From assembly GCA_037444485.1 (NCBI GenBank), contig JBBIMI010000003.1, positions 1,461 through 65,460 on the forward strand: 64,000 bases of DNA, in the 5' to 3' direction. Numbering within the stretch: the stretch's first letter is position 1; every line of letters begins with the position of its first letter. Of the stretch, positions 1 through 8,506 are shown piece after piece. A program made the position numbers and the translations under genes. The stretch is from Candidatus Micrarchaeota archaeon (GTDB lineage Archaea > Micrarchaeota > Micrarchaeia > Norongarragalinales > Norongarragalinaceae). The notes under the pieces are model-generated. The model was not told the DNA's origin, did not search any database, and worked only from the letters and a program-made list of their open reading frames with translations.

Positions 1-1501
1 CAGTAAGCCCGCTGACTATTGGTGTTTTGACTGCGGGAGGCGCTTCCATTAAATGCTTTTCAGTCAACTTGTGGTAAAAATTAGTTGGAATCTCGACCGT
101 CCTGCCTTGCTCGCCAGCTACTTTCTCTACGAGTTCAGGAGTAACCCCGTGGCTTTCATACAATAAGGCCATCGCCTCGTCGCTTAAAACGCCTTTCGCC
201 AGTACTTCGCTTGCCTTGCGCCTCGCGTTCTCAAGCGACGTGAAATACTTTTTTTCCTCGACGTCAATGATTTCGTGGATTTCGTTCAGGTTCTCGCTGT
301 ACTCCGGCCAAATTTTCTTGAAGTCGCGCGCATGCATTTCAAAGAGTTTCAGCAAGTCTATAGAGAGCTCGAATTCGTCCACGAAAGAGAAAATTCGGCG
401 TGCTAGAACGCGCAAGTTATACCCGCCGCCGGTGTTCGACGGCAGCGCGCCGTCCGTAAGTGCGAACAACAGCGAACGCGAGTGGTCCGCAATCGCGTAA
501 ACAGCTTGCATGGGGGCAATAGTTTTGTTTAATTGTTGAATGCTTAAACCGAGTGCTTTCGCGATCTTTTTTTTCTCTTCATTAAACGAACGCACGTTTT
601 CAACGTCCAGCGAAGAACTCAAGCGAATGTAATCGTCGAAAACTTTTTTTTCTACGCGCAAACCAGTTTCTTGCTTGAGGAAGTTCACTTCGTCGGGGAA
701 ACTGGCTTCGTAAATCGTCGCGTCACCCCGCGCGTACCACAACAAGCGTTCGAATCCCCAGCCGACGTCAACCACTTTCAACGGTAATTCAAGCATCCGG
801 TCGCCGTCCAAGTAATACTGCATGAAAACGTTGTTGACGAGTTCGCTTCCTTTCGAGAAACTCTCTATGCAGGGGCCGAAAGCACTATAGTCAGGCATCG
901 ACCAAACGTCTTCAGCGTAAGTCACATCGGTTTTCTTCAACCTCAACATCTTCGTCAACAACTCGTAATTGTAGGCGATCGTCTCGTCACGCCAATAGCC
1001 TTCCTTCGGGTAATCAAACGCTTTTTGTCCATACATGACGAAGCCAGTCAAGTGTCTTCCAGTGACGCCGACGTTCGCGATGTCAACGAAACGCAGGCAA
1101 GGCTGCGGCACCACGCACGGGTTCGCGGGATACTCGAAAACCGTCTTGCCGTTCTCGATGCGTTGAAAATCAACTACGTCAGCGATTACGAAAAACAAGT
1201 CTTCCCGCCAGCGGGAGAGGATTGGATACCGTTGGAGGACTTCATGGTCGTGCTTCGCCCAAAAATCGTTTAACTCGAGCAAAAAATCCACGTACTTTAC
1301 GTCAGAAGGAGTTTGTTTAAAGAAAGAGTAAGGCTCGTGGCTACTGTCGCCGCAGTTCGCGCGTTCACGCGCGGCCCAATACGCTTTGCCGCACTCGCGG
1401 CATTCAAAACGCTGGAAGCCCTCACGTTCAAACAACTCGCAGTCGTAATACTTTCCGTGTTCTCGCGAGAAACGCTTGCGTAACTCTTCCTTTGAAACCA
1501 A
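1..1501 (-). CDS. alaS: alanyl-tRNA synthetase, N-terminal ~500 aa (3' end lies beyond window start); TTG start
   Basis: Hand translation of the minus strand gives an uninterrupted frame from 1501 to 1. It begins MVSKEELRKRFSREHGKYYDCELFEREGFQRFECRECGKAYW (archaeal AlaRS N-terminal Zn/FW motif). It contains VDIANVGVTGRHLTGF (DIxNVGxTxRHxTFF-like), WGFERLLW and GGGYNLRVLARR motifs. It is absent from the ORF track because it is truncated and starts with TTG. Confidence 0.6.
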   Translation of the reverse strand, partial: MVSKEELRKRFSREHGKYYDCELFEREGFQRFECRECGKAYWAARERANCGDSSHEPYSFFKQTPSDVKYVDFLLELNDFWAKHDHEVLQRYPILSRWREDLFFVIADVVDFQRIENGKTVFEYPANPCVVPQPCLRFVDIANVGVTGRHLTGFVMYGQKAFDYPKEGYWRDETIAYNYELLTKMLRLKKTDVTYAEDVWSMPDYSAFGPCIESFSKGSELVNNVFMQYYLDGDRMLELPLKVVDVGWGFERLLWYARGDATIYEASFPDEVNFLKQETGLRVEKKVFDDYIRLSSSLDVENVRSFNEEKKKIAKALGLSIQQLNKTIAPMQAVYAIADHSRSLLFALTDGALPSNTGGGYNLRVLARRIFSFVDEFELSIDLLKLFEMHARDFKKIWPEYSENLNEIHEIIDVEEKKYFTSLENARRKASEVLAKGVLSDEAMALLYESHGVTPELVEKVAGEQGRTVEIPTNFYHKLTEKHLMEAPPAVKTPIVSGLT

Positions 1502-1553
1502 ATTTCAAAACCCCGCATTGTTGAAGAAAGAAAAAACACGGTTGTTTAATTGC

Positions 1554-2066
1554 TTAACGCTTTACCGCTTGCGCTGAAATAGAAGGCGCTCCCGGCATCG
1601 CCTGCGTTACGATTTTCGCCTCGCGTTTTTTTCGAAGCGCGAACAAGCCGGGCTTGCTTGAATGCGGGTTGCGTAAAACTACTTCATAATACTGGTGTTC
1701 TCCGTCTTCACCAACCCAATAACTTCCAACCAGCTCGAGATTGCGGTGCTTGCGTAAAGCGCGTTGCTCGGCAAACCACTGCCATGATTTGCCTGGATTC
1801 TCGAACTTGCGCGTCTTGCCTGGCTTTCTCCCCAAGTCAGGCTTTCTGCGCCTACGCTTTCCCCGCGGCACTCGCACGCGCACTAACACGAATTCTTTCT
1901 TTGCTTTGAAACCAAGCTCGCGCGCTCGAGCCAAATTCGTGGGGCGAACGATGCGTTGCACGCTTTCCTGCTCGCGCCATTCCCGCAAACGTTTTTTGTA
2001 CAAGGAAGAGCGCGACGCGTAGCCTTGCTCGAAAGACTGCTTCAAGTACTTGTAGAATCCAGTCAC
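1554..2066 (-). CDS. rpl15e: 50S ribosomal protein L15e
   Basis: 170 aa, MTGFYKYLKQSFEQ... with basic RRRRK and WQWF motifs typical of L15e; GTG start in ORF track. Confidence 0.9.
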   Translation of the reverse strand: MTGFYKYLKQSFEQGYASRSSLYKKRLREWREQESVQRIVRPTNLARARELGFKAKKEFVLVRVRVPRGKRRRRKPDLGRKPGKTRKFENPGKSWQWFAEQRALRKHRNLELVGSYWVGEDGEHQYYEVVLRNPHSSKPGLFALRKKREAKIVTQAMPGAPSISAQAVKR

Positions 2067-2439
2067 TTGAAATCACCCTTATTCTCGGACGCGCTTTAAA
2101 AAAAAACGGGAAAGCGCGGCGCCGAACATCTAAAGCGAAAAAACAGAATTCGCTTGCAAGGTTTTTGTTTGGCAAAGTATTTAATTCTTTTTGAATAAAA
2201 AATTCGGCGTCTAACCTGCAAGTAGTTGATTAAATGAAAAACGGGCTGGCGAACAGAAATTAGATTGCGAAGAAACGAAAAAAGAAAAAAAGAATTCGCT
2301 ATTCAAGCAATCACTCTAAAGAAAATGCTTTAAACGAATTCAAGTTGTTCTAGACAAGCCTGTTCCGAGTACGTTTCAAGTACGTTATCGCGAGTGCACG
2401 GGTCTTAAAAACTCGCACTAGAAAGTGAAAGTTGCTTTA

Positions 2440-2521
2440 AAAAAACAGATAAAAAGAAGATGAATAAAAAAGGAAAAAAGAATAAAAAAGAAAAAATAAA
2501 AAAGAAAAAAAAGAAAAAAAA
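2440..2521 (+). repeat. ~80-nt polypurine (A-rich, AG) tract immediately upstream of SAMP-like gene
   Basis: aaaaagaagatgaataaaaaaggaaaaaagaataaaaaagaaaaaataaaaaag... seen directly; gives rise to spurious poly-Phe ORFs on minus strand. Confidence 0.8.
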
Positions 2522-2731
2522 TTGTTTAAGATGAAGATTAAGCTCACGATAGACGACAAACGAAAAAACTTTTCCGCGAGGCAGGGCGCTAGCGTGCGCG
2601 ACGTGATGCGCGAGACAGGCATCAACAACGAAGTCGTTGTTATTAAACTTAACAACAAGATTACGCATCCGGACGCGCTGCTGCATGAAGGCGACTCGCT
2701 TGAATTCGTACACGTTATTTACGGCGGGTAA
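2522..2731 (+). CDS. ubiquitin-like beta-grasp sulfur carrier / small archaeal modifier (ThiS/MoaD/SAMP family), C-terminal Gly-Gly
   Basis: 69 aa ending ...EFVHVIYGG; pattern IxLxx..G.SVRDV....GI...VVVIKLNNKI......L.EGDSLEF matches ThiS/MoaD fold; 1.8 kb upstream of an NcsA/TtuA-type thiolase on same strand. Confidence 0.75.
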   Translation: MFKMKIKLTIDDKRKNFSARQGASVRDVMRETGINNEVVVIKLNNKITHPDALLHEGDSLEFVHVIYGG

Positions 2732-3154
2732 AAAACCGGAAACAAAAATTCTTTTAACGAAAAACGGTTTTTTTAGCGCTCGCGCTCGCTCGCAGCCCGC
2801 GCGGGACTCGCATCCGCGCGTTGCGCGACCACGAGCGCGTGGTCGCTCATCACCGCGACTTCAAGCAACTCAATCCCGTGCCGTTCAAACTCTTGAGGCT
2901 TGCTTCGCAAGCCTTTAAAAATTCTTCCAGCTTCAACACCTCAAAAACAGTATTTCGCGCACTACTGCAAATGCGCCGTCCGCGCGTTCTGTCCCGGACA
3001 ATGCTCGCTCACGCTAGACATGACTTACGCCTCCGGCGGCGCAACATCCGCGCCGCTAAGAAGGCATTATAATCGCAAAGAATTTAGGGCTAATTCATCC
3101 CACGACTGAACTCGTGGGATTTCTCAGCCAAACGCATTAAAAAAAGGTGATCAA

Positions 3155-3766
3155 ATGAATCAAATTCCAGAAATAAAGAAAATCAAGGTTATTGGAATTA
3201 ATTATGGACGAAACTTTCCAGACCTGGAAAGATTGATGGAGCACGTAGAGCCAGGGATGCGCGTTGGTTTGGCATTAACAAAAGAAATGCTAGAATATGT
3301 GTTGAAATTAGAGGAAGGCGCAAAACCAAGAGCAGAATACCTTGCTTCTGATGAGTATCAATTCATCAAAAAATTGGTTGCAAAAATAACGGAAAAAAAA
3401 GCTGCTATAGTACCATTGTACGAAGAAAAATTCTTGAAAAAATTGCTGAAAGAGAATATTGGCATACTAAAAGAAGTGGAAAAAAAAGAATTTAGAATCA
3501 ATTATGATGTGCTTTTTGGTGGTGGAAGTTCAAAATCACCGTTTGAAATAAGGGAAGAAATAGTAAAAGAACTGGAAGCGCACCAAAAGAACCAAGCTTT
3601 GAGATTTAATAAGAAAATACTAGAAAAAATTATTAATGAAAAAGTTCACGTGGCAATCCTCGGACGCGAAGACCCAAGCGGAAACCCAAGTTCAACAATT
3701 GAAACAATTAAAAATGAGGGCACTAAATTAAAACCTTTAGAGTTTGAATTCCTTGAATTTGATTAA
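3155..3766 (+). CDS. hypothetical protein (compositionally AT-rich ORF, no recognisable family)
   Basis: 203-aa ORF with GGTGA Shine-Dalgarno 7 nt upstream of ATG; much lower GC than neighbours; K/E-rich; no motif I can assign. Confidence 0.5.
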   Translation: MNQIPEIKKIKVIGINYGRNFPDLERLMEHVEPGMRVGLALTKEMLEYVLKLEEGAKPRAEYLASDEYQFIKKLVAKITEKKAAIVPLYEEKFLKKLLKENIGILKEVEKKEFRINYDVLFGGGSSKSPFEIREEIVKELEAHQKNQALRFNKKILEKIINEKVHVAILGREDPSGNPSSTIETIKNEGTKLKPLEFEFLEFD

Positions 3767-3819
3767 CTTGAATTCTGCATGCTATTAGCAGTCTATCCGC
3801 ATACGATTTAGTCAAGCCT

Positions 3820-4428
3820 TCACTTAGGCTGCTTGCGTTTTTCCCTCGCTAAACGCGTTAACGCTGGAACTAGCGAGATTATGACAACTAAGATAATCGC
3901 GACGCTCACGTACTCTACTAAGTTAGGAATCAGGCTGCCTAAAAAAAATCCTGCGAGCGTTACCGACAAAACCCATGAAACCCCGCCTAAAACGTTGAAA
4001 AACAAGAAGCGTAAATAATTCATTTCCCCGGTGCCAGCAAAGGTTGGGGCGATCGTGCGCACGACAGGAATCCAGCGCGCGAAGAAAATAGTTTTGCCGC
4101 CGTGCTTTTCGAAAAACCGTTTAGTCTTCTCCAAGTTTTTCTTGTTCAAGTAATCGTCGAGAAAATGTCTTTCCTTCTCGAACACGCGTTTTCCGAAACG
4201 CTTGCCTAAGAAATAACCGAGAGAATCGCCGGCGATCGCCGCAACCACGCAGACTACAATGGTTTCACTCACGCCGATTACGCCCTTCGAAGCAAGCAAG
4301 CCTGCTGTGAACAAAAGCGTGTCGCCGGGCAGGAAAAACCCGGCGAGCAACCCAGTTTCTGCGAACACGATGAAAAACAAACTCGCGTAGCCGAAAGACA
4401 AAATCAATTGCTCGACGTTGAAAAACAT
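3820..4428 (-). CDS. DedA/SNARE-associated (VTT domain) family membrane protein
   Basis: 202 aa; ...FAETGLLAGFFLPGDTLLFTAGLLA... and GKTIFFARWIPVVRTIAP typical DedA signature; multiple TM segments. Confidence 0.8.
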   Translation of the reverse strand: MFFNVEQLILSFGYASLFFIVFAETGLLAGFFLPGDTLLFTAGLLASKGVIGVSETIVVCVVAAIAGDSLGYFLGKRFGKRVFEKERHFLDDYLNKKNLEKTKRFFEKHGGKTIFFARWIPVVRTIAPTFAGTGEMNYLRFLFFNVLGGVSWVLSVTLAGFFLGSLIPNLVEYVSVAIILVVIISLVPALTRLAREKRKQPK

Positions 4429-4527
4429 TTTTTCATCCCTAAAAAGAAAACGCTATAAACTTGAAGCGAACACTTTATTTAAAAGCAATTAAAAAGAAAT
4501 TCAAACGATTGCTTAAAGGTTTTAAAA

Positions 4528-5553
4528 ATGAAGCTACAGACACCAAAATACACGCCAAAACACACGCCAAAATGCAGTAAGTGCGGCAAACGCGAAGCAA
4601 TAATCGAAATACGTTACGAAATACGTTACGCTAGCGCAAACTTCTGCAAAAACTGTTTTCTAGAGTATTTCGAGAAACGCGTGAAGAAAGCGAATTACGA
4701 CTTTAAACTCGCGCGACGCGGCGACGTAATCGCTGTAGGTGTCTCGGGTGGAAAAGACAGCACTGCAATGCTTCACGCACTCTACAAACTCGCGCGCGAA
4801 ATCGGCGAAATCGTTCTCGTGCCAGTTCTCGTGAATGAAGGCATCCGCGGATACCGCGACGAGAGTGCCGAAAAAGCGCGCGAAGCCTGCGAGCGCTTCG
4901 ACTTAAAACTTCACGAGTATTCCTTCGAGAAAGAATACGGTTTGACTATGGACTCTGCGACTGCTTTCGAGAAGAGAAAGCATCCAGCTTGTTCTTACTG
5001 CGGCGTTTGGCGCAAGGCGTTGTTAAACAAAGCCGCGCTTGAAGTTGGAGCTAACAAGCTCGCAATCGGCCACAATGCCGACGACACGGTGCAAACTTTT
5101 TTAATGAATTTAATGCGTTGCGACATGCCGCGCTTGACGCGCTCTGGCGCATTGAGTGGGGTTGCGGAACGCGAAGGCTTCGTGCGCCGCATAAAGCCGT
5201 TGGTTTACGTTCTAGAACGCGAAACCGCGCTTTACTGCGAATTACTGGAATTGCCTTACTACCGCGGTTCGTGTTCCTACTCTACTGAAGCAATGAGGGG
5301 GGTAGTGAAATACTTTCTGAACGCCGCCGAAGAAAAACACCCGGGCACTAAACTCGCGTTATTGAATTCTTTCCTTGCGCTGAAGAACGAATTAAGCGGA
5401 AAAAGCGGATTGAATCCAGTGTACTCGAATGAATCGTTGAAAAAATGCGGCGAGTGCGGCGCGCCTTCGGCAAGCGCATTATGCCGCGCTTGCGTTTTCT
5501 TGAAAGAATTGAAGGCTGAAGGCTTTCAATTCACAACAGCCCGCCGCGAATGA
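4528..5553 (+). CDS. ncsA: tRNA 2-thiouridine synthetase, PP-loop ATPase of NcsA/Ncs6/TtuA family with N- and C-terminal CxxC zinc fingers
   Basis: SGGKDS PP-loop motif, CSKCGK...CKNC N-terminal and CGECG...CRAC C-terminal Zn fingers, GHNADD motif; N-terminus has short tandem peptide repeats (KYTPKHTPK, IRYEIRY). Confidence 0.8.
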   Translation: MKLQTPKYTPKHTPKCSKCGKREAIIEIRYEIRYASANFCKNCFLEYFEKRVKKANYDFKLARRGDVIAVGVSGGKDSTAMLHALYKLAREIGEIVLVPVLVNEGIRGYRDESAEKAREACERFDLKLHEYSFEKEYGLTMDSATAFEKRKHPACSYCGVWRKALLNKAALEVGANKLAIGHNADDTVQTFLMNLMRCDMPRLTRSGALSGVAEREGFVRRIKPLVYVLERETALYCELLELPYYRGSCSYSTEAMRGVVKYFLNAAEEKHPGTKLALLNSFLALKNELSGKSGLNPVYSNESLKKCGECGAPSASALCRACVFLKELKAEGFQFTTARRE

Positions 5554-6160
5554 ATTCGATTCCTATCCCCACCAGCAAGAGCCCCATTACCTTGCTGGAA
5601 ACGTCTATAATCTGGCTTCCCAACACGCGCTGCAGCAAGTTCGAGTAATGCAATATTATCCACGACAACACCAACGCAGTTAAAAGCGCGCTCAACGGAA
5701 TCCAGTAACCGAATTGGTTTGACAACAAAATCAAGCTACTCAACAAACCAGGTCCGGTAAGCAACGGGGTTGCTACAAGCACAACCACCGCATTCAAATC
5801 CTGTTTCTTCACGCCGTGATTTAATGAAAAACCAAGCACCGTCTCCAAACCCAGCAGCGAGAGCAGAATGCCGCCCGCGATTCTAAAACTGCCTAACGAG
5901 ATTCCCAACGCGTTCAACAACGCGGTGCCGGCAAACAAGAAAATCAATGCGAGAATCCCAGCAATCAACACTGCCTTGTTAGCGGCTTTCATGCGCTGCG
6001 AGTCGTTAAAGCCTTTTGTAAGCGCGATGAAAGCAGGCAAGCTCGCAAACGGGTCCATGATTACGAATAACGTGATGAACGACGTCATGAAACTAGCAAG
6101 CAAGTCCATGAAAAAGACAAACGAAGAAAAAGCATAAAAACATAGTGGAAGAAAAAACAT
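5531..6160 (-). CDS. MarC family (UPF0056) integral membrane protein
   Basis: 209 aa, polytopic; FVIMDPFASLPAFIALT motif characteristic of MarC/YhgN family; 23-bp convergent overlap with ncsA end. Confidence 0.7.
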   Translation of the reverse strand: MFFLPLCFYAFSSFVFFMDLLASFMTSFITLFVIMDPFASLPAFIALTKGFNDSQRMKAANKAVLIAGILALIFLFAGTALLNALGISLGSFRIAGGILLSLLGLETVLGFSLNHGVKKQDLNAVVVLVATPLLTGPGLLSSLILLSNQFGYWIPLSALLTALVLSWIILHYSNLLQRVLGSQIIDVSSKVMGLLLVGIGIEFIRGGLL

Positions 6161-6177
6161 AGTGGAAGAAAGCGGTT

Positions 6178-7332
6178 TTAAACGCGTAACACGAAGTCCA
6201 TGTCCCCAAACGCCTTCAAAAACAAAGGCAGGCCCGCCACGCGTCCAGCAGCCAACGCGAAGTCAAGGCAATCGTTTCCAAGCGAGTTCTTGAAGCCAGC
6301 GATAACGGCATGCAAACGCAGTTCCTTGCTGAACTCACGCCTCCACGCGCGCTCGTAACTTAAAGTTTCTCCATTTTTCAGAAAACTGGCAGCGCAACGC
6401 GCAGCGATTCGCGCGCAGTTACCGCCAAACACTACGCCGCCACCCGTGGTTGCCTTCACTTGTCCGGCAGCGTCGCCAACAAGCATGACGCGTCCTTCCT
6501 GCGTTTTCTTGCGAACAGCGACTGGAATCACCGCAGTGAATTCCCTAATTTTTTTAGCTTTGGAAAGGGTTTCTCGCACGAGGGGTTCTTTAAACAAGGC
6601 TTTTTTTCCAGCGTCGAGTTTCTTGAAGTTTTTCACGCCCAACCCGATTTTAACGCCCAGCCCGACGCGCGCGACACCTTCTTGAGCTGGAACAATCCAA
6701 GCGAAAAACCCTGGAAACGCGCGAGAATTCAAGAAAACTTGCACGAAATCTTTGCGTGGTGGTTCCGCGTTTGAAAACTCCGCTTCGTAACCTAAAACGA
6801 GTTCCTTGATTTTCGGGAAACCAAGCGCGTTCGCAGTGAACGACGCTGCCCCGTCGGCTGCAATGACGATTCGCGCGTCGAAAAACTTTTTTCCACTGAA
6901 AACACGCACGAAATCCTTTCCTTGTTTTGCCTTCCCTTGCTTTACTTTTCCTTGCTTTATGCCTGTCGCCTTGCAGTTAAACAAAAACTTTGCGCCTGCT
7001 TTTCGCGCTTGCTTAAAGCATTCTTCGTCGAAACGCTTGCGGTCAAGCACTAGCGCGACAGGCTCGCTGCGCGATGCTTCTAGCCGCGCGTTAGGCGAGT
7101 GAAACGAAACGCCACGCACTTGATTTAACACTGCAGGCGCGTAATTCGCTTCAAGCGATTCGAGGCCGCGTTTAGAGTAAAGCGCAGTGCATTTTCCTTG
7201 TTTTCCTGGTTCTGCGTGTTCTTCCAAAACAAGTGTTTTAAGGTTCAATTGCGCGCAATCTCTGGCTGCGATGCAGCCGACGGCGCTCGCGCCGATTACC
7301 GCAACGTCGAAAACGTTTTTCAAGTCCAACAA
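6178..7332 (-). CDS. geranylgeranyl reductase family FAD-dependent oxidoreductase (digeranylgeranylglycerophospholipid reductase-like)
   Basis: DVAVIGASAVGCIAA dinucleotide-binding N-terminus, LVGDAAGQV motif; contains internal KQGKVKQGKAKQGK peptide repeat. Confidence 0.8.
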   Translation of the reverse strand: MLDLKNVFDVAVIGASAVGCIAARDCAQLNLKTLVLEEHAEPGKQGKCTALYSKRGLESLEANYAPAVLNQVRGVSFHSPNARLEASRSEPVALVLDRKRFDEECFKQARKAGAKFLFNCKATGIKQGKVKQGKAKQGKDFVRVFSGKKFFDARIVIAADGAASFTANALGFPKIKELVLGYEAEFSNAEPPRKDFVQVFLNSRAFPGFFAWIVPAQEGVARVGLGVKIGLGVKNFKKLDAGKKALFKEPLVRETLSKAKKIREFTAVIPVAVRKKTQEGRVMLVGDAAGQVKATTGGGVVFGGNCARIAARCAASFLKNGETLSYERAWRREFSKELRLHAVIAGFKNSLGNDCLDFALAAGRVAGLPLFLKAFGDMDFVLRV

Positions 7333-7399
7333 ACCTTTCTTTTTTGACTTTTTGAAACGTTTTTTATTGTTGAAGCTTCAATTTATTTGTTGGGTTTTG

Positions 7400-7690
7400 C
7401 ACGTGGTCCAAGTAATTCAAGCAATTGTTGGCTTCGCGTTGTTTTTCGCTACAGGCTTTTTCGTAGCGCGCGCGTTTTTCTTCGACCGCGAGTGGAATGT
7501 TTTCGAGAAAAGTGCGGTCAGCCTAGCTGTTGCGCTCACGGTGCCTGCATTTGTGCTCGTGCTCTCGAATTTGCTTTTACGCATTCCCTTCGACGCTTAT
7601 TTGGTGTACGTGGTTTTCTTGCTGATGATTGCTGGGAGCTTGGCTTACGAGAAAAAGTTTGAGAAAAAACTGTTTGAGAAAAAAACTTAA
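7400..7690 (+). CDS. small hypothetical membrane protein (~96 aa, 3 predicted TM helices); start uncertain (GTG)
   Basis: Open frame after the end of the reductase gene, hydrophobic segments, ends EKKFEKKLFEKKT; no homolog recognised. Confidence 0.3.
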   Translation, partial: HVVQVIQAIVGFALFFATGFFVARAFFFDREWNVFEKSAVSLAVALTVPAFVLVLSNLLLRIPFDAYLVYVVFLLMIAGSLAYEKKFEKKLFEKKT

Positions 7691-8412
7691 CGCAATTCCA
7701 TGCGTAGTTTCAACAATCCCCAAACCATTTCCAACGCTGTTTTGAAAACCCCGAAAACGCCTGCTTCAAGCGGCCCGCCTGGAACGTGCTTCCAACGAAC
7801 AGGAATTTCTTTGATTAAAAAACCGTGTTTTTTGGCTCTGTAAAGCAATTCAACGTCGAACTCGAAGCCGGAGTGCGTCAATTCGCGCGCGAGAATCTTT
7901 CCGGGTTTTTTCTTGAAGGCCTTAAAACCGCACTGCGTGTCGCTGAAACGCAAGCCAAACAACAAGCGCACCAACGCGTTGAAAATGCGGCTTGACGCGC
8001 CGCGGTGCGGCGCGACTCCGCGCACTACCGCGCCTTGCGCGGCGCGAGAACCGATTACCACTTCGCTTGTCTTGAGTGCTTCAAGCGCTTTAGGGATTTC
8101 TGTTGGTGGAGTCGCCGCGTCAGCATCGTAAACCACGAGCGCTTTCCCCCTTGCCGCCTCCAAGCCTTTCTTCACGCCGCCGCCTTTACCTAATCGCTTT
8201 GGAAAATGCATTAACTTTAGTTTGAGCCAAGAGTTTTCTTCGCCGAACTCGCGCACGATTTTGCTGGTTGCATCGGTCCCGTCGTCGACGACCACGAGTT
8301 CGAAAACGATTTTCTTGACGCGGAGGAAACGCGTGAGCGCTTCTAGCGTGGGGCGAATGCGTTTCGCTTCGTTGTGCGTTGGGATTATTATTGAAAGCAA
8401 GCTCAGTTCCAC
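7687..8412 (-). CDS. GT2 family glycosyltransferase, dolichyl-phosphate mannose/glucose synthase-like
   Basis: LSIIIPTHNEA...VVVDDGTDAT...VYDADAATPP...SDTQCGFKAF motifs of DPM1/AglJ-type GT-A fold. Confidence 0.8.
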   Translation of the reverse strand: MELSLLSIIIPTHNEAKRIRPTLEALTRFLRVKKIVFELVVVDDGTDATSKIVREFGEENSWLKLKLMHFPKRLGKGGGVKKGLEAARGKALVVYDADAATPPTEIPKALEALKTSEVVIGSRAAQGAVVRGVAPHRGASSRIFNALVRLLFGLRFSDTQCGFKAFKKKPGKILARELTHSGFEFDVELLYRAKKHGFLIKEIPVRWKHVPGGPLEAGVFGVFKTALEMVWGLLKLRMELR

Positions 8413-8506
8413 CGTCAGCTTTCATTCTCTTCTTTTATTGAATCTTTTATTGAAAGATTTAAATGCGCGCTTGATTAAAAACAATTGTTTCGCTTTTTTT
8501 CTGTGA

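Noticed and set aside
216-1273. Plus-strand ORFs 216..500 and 1025..1273
   Set aside because: Antisense to the hand-translated, motif-bearing AlaRS reading frame that fills 1-1501 on the minus strand.
2405-2713. ORFs 2405..2713 and 2437..2658 (minus) encoding poly-Phe/Leu peptides
   Set aside because: They are the reverse-strand translation of the polypurine tract 2440-2521 and overlap the well-supported SAMP-like gene on the plus strand.
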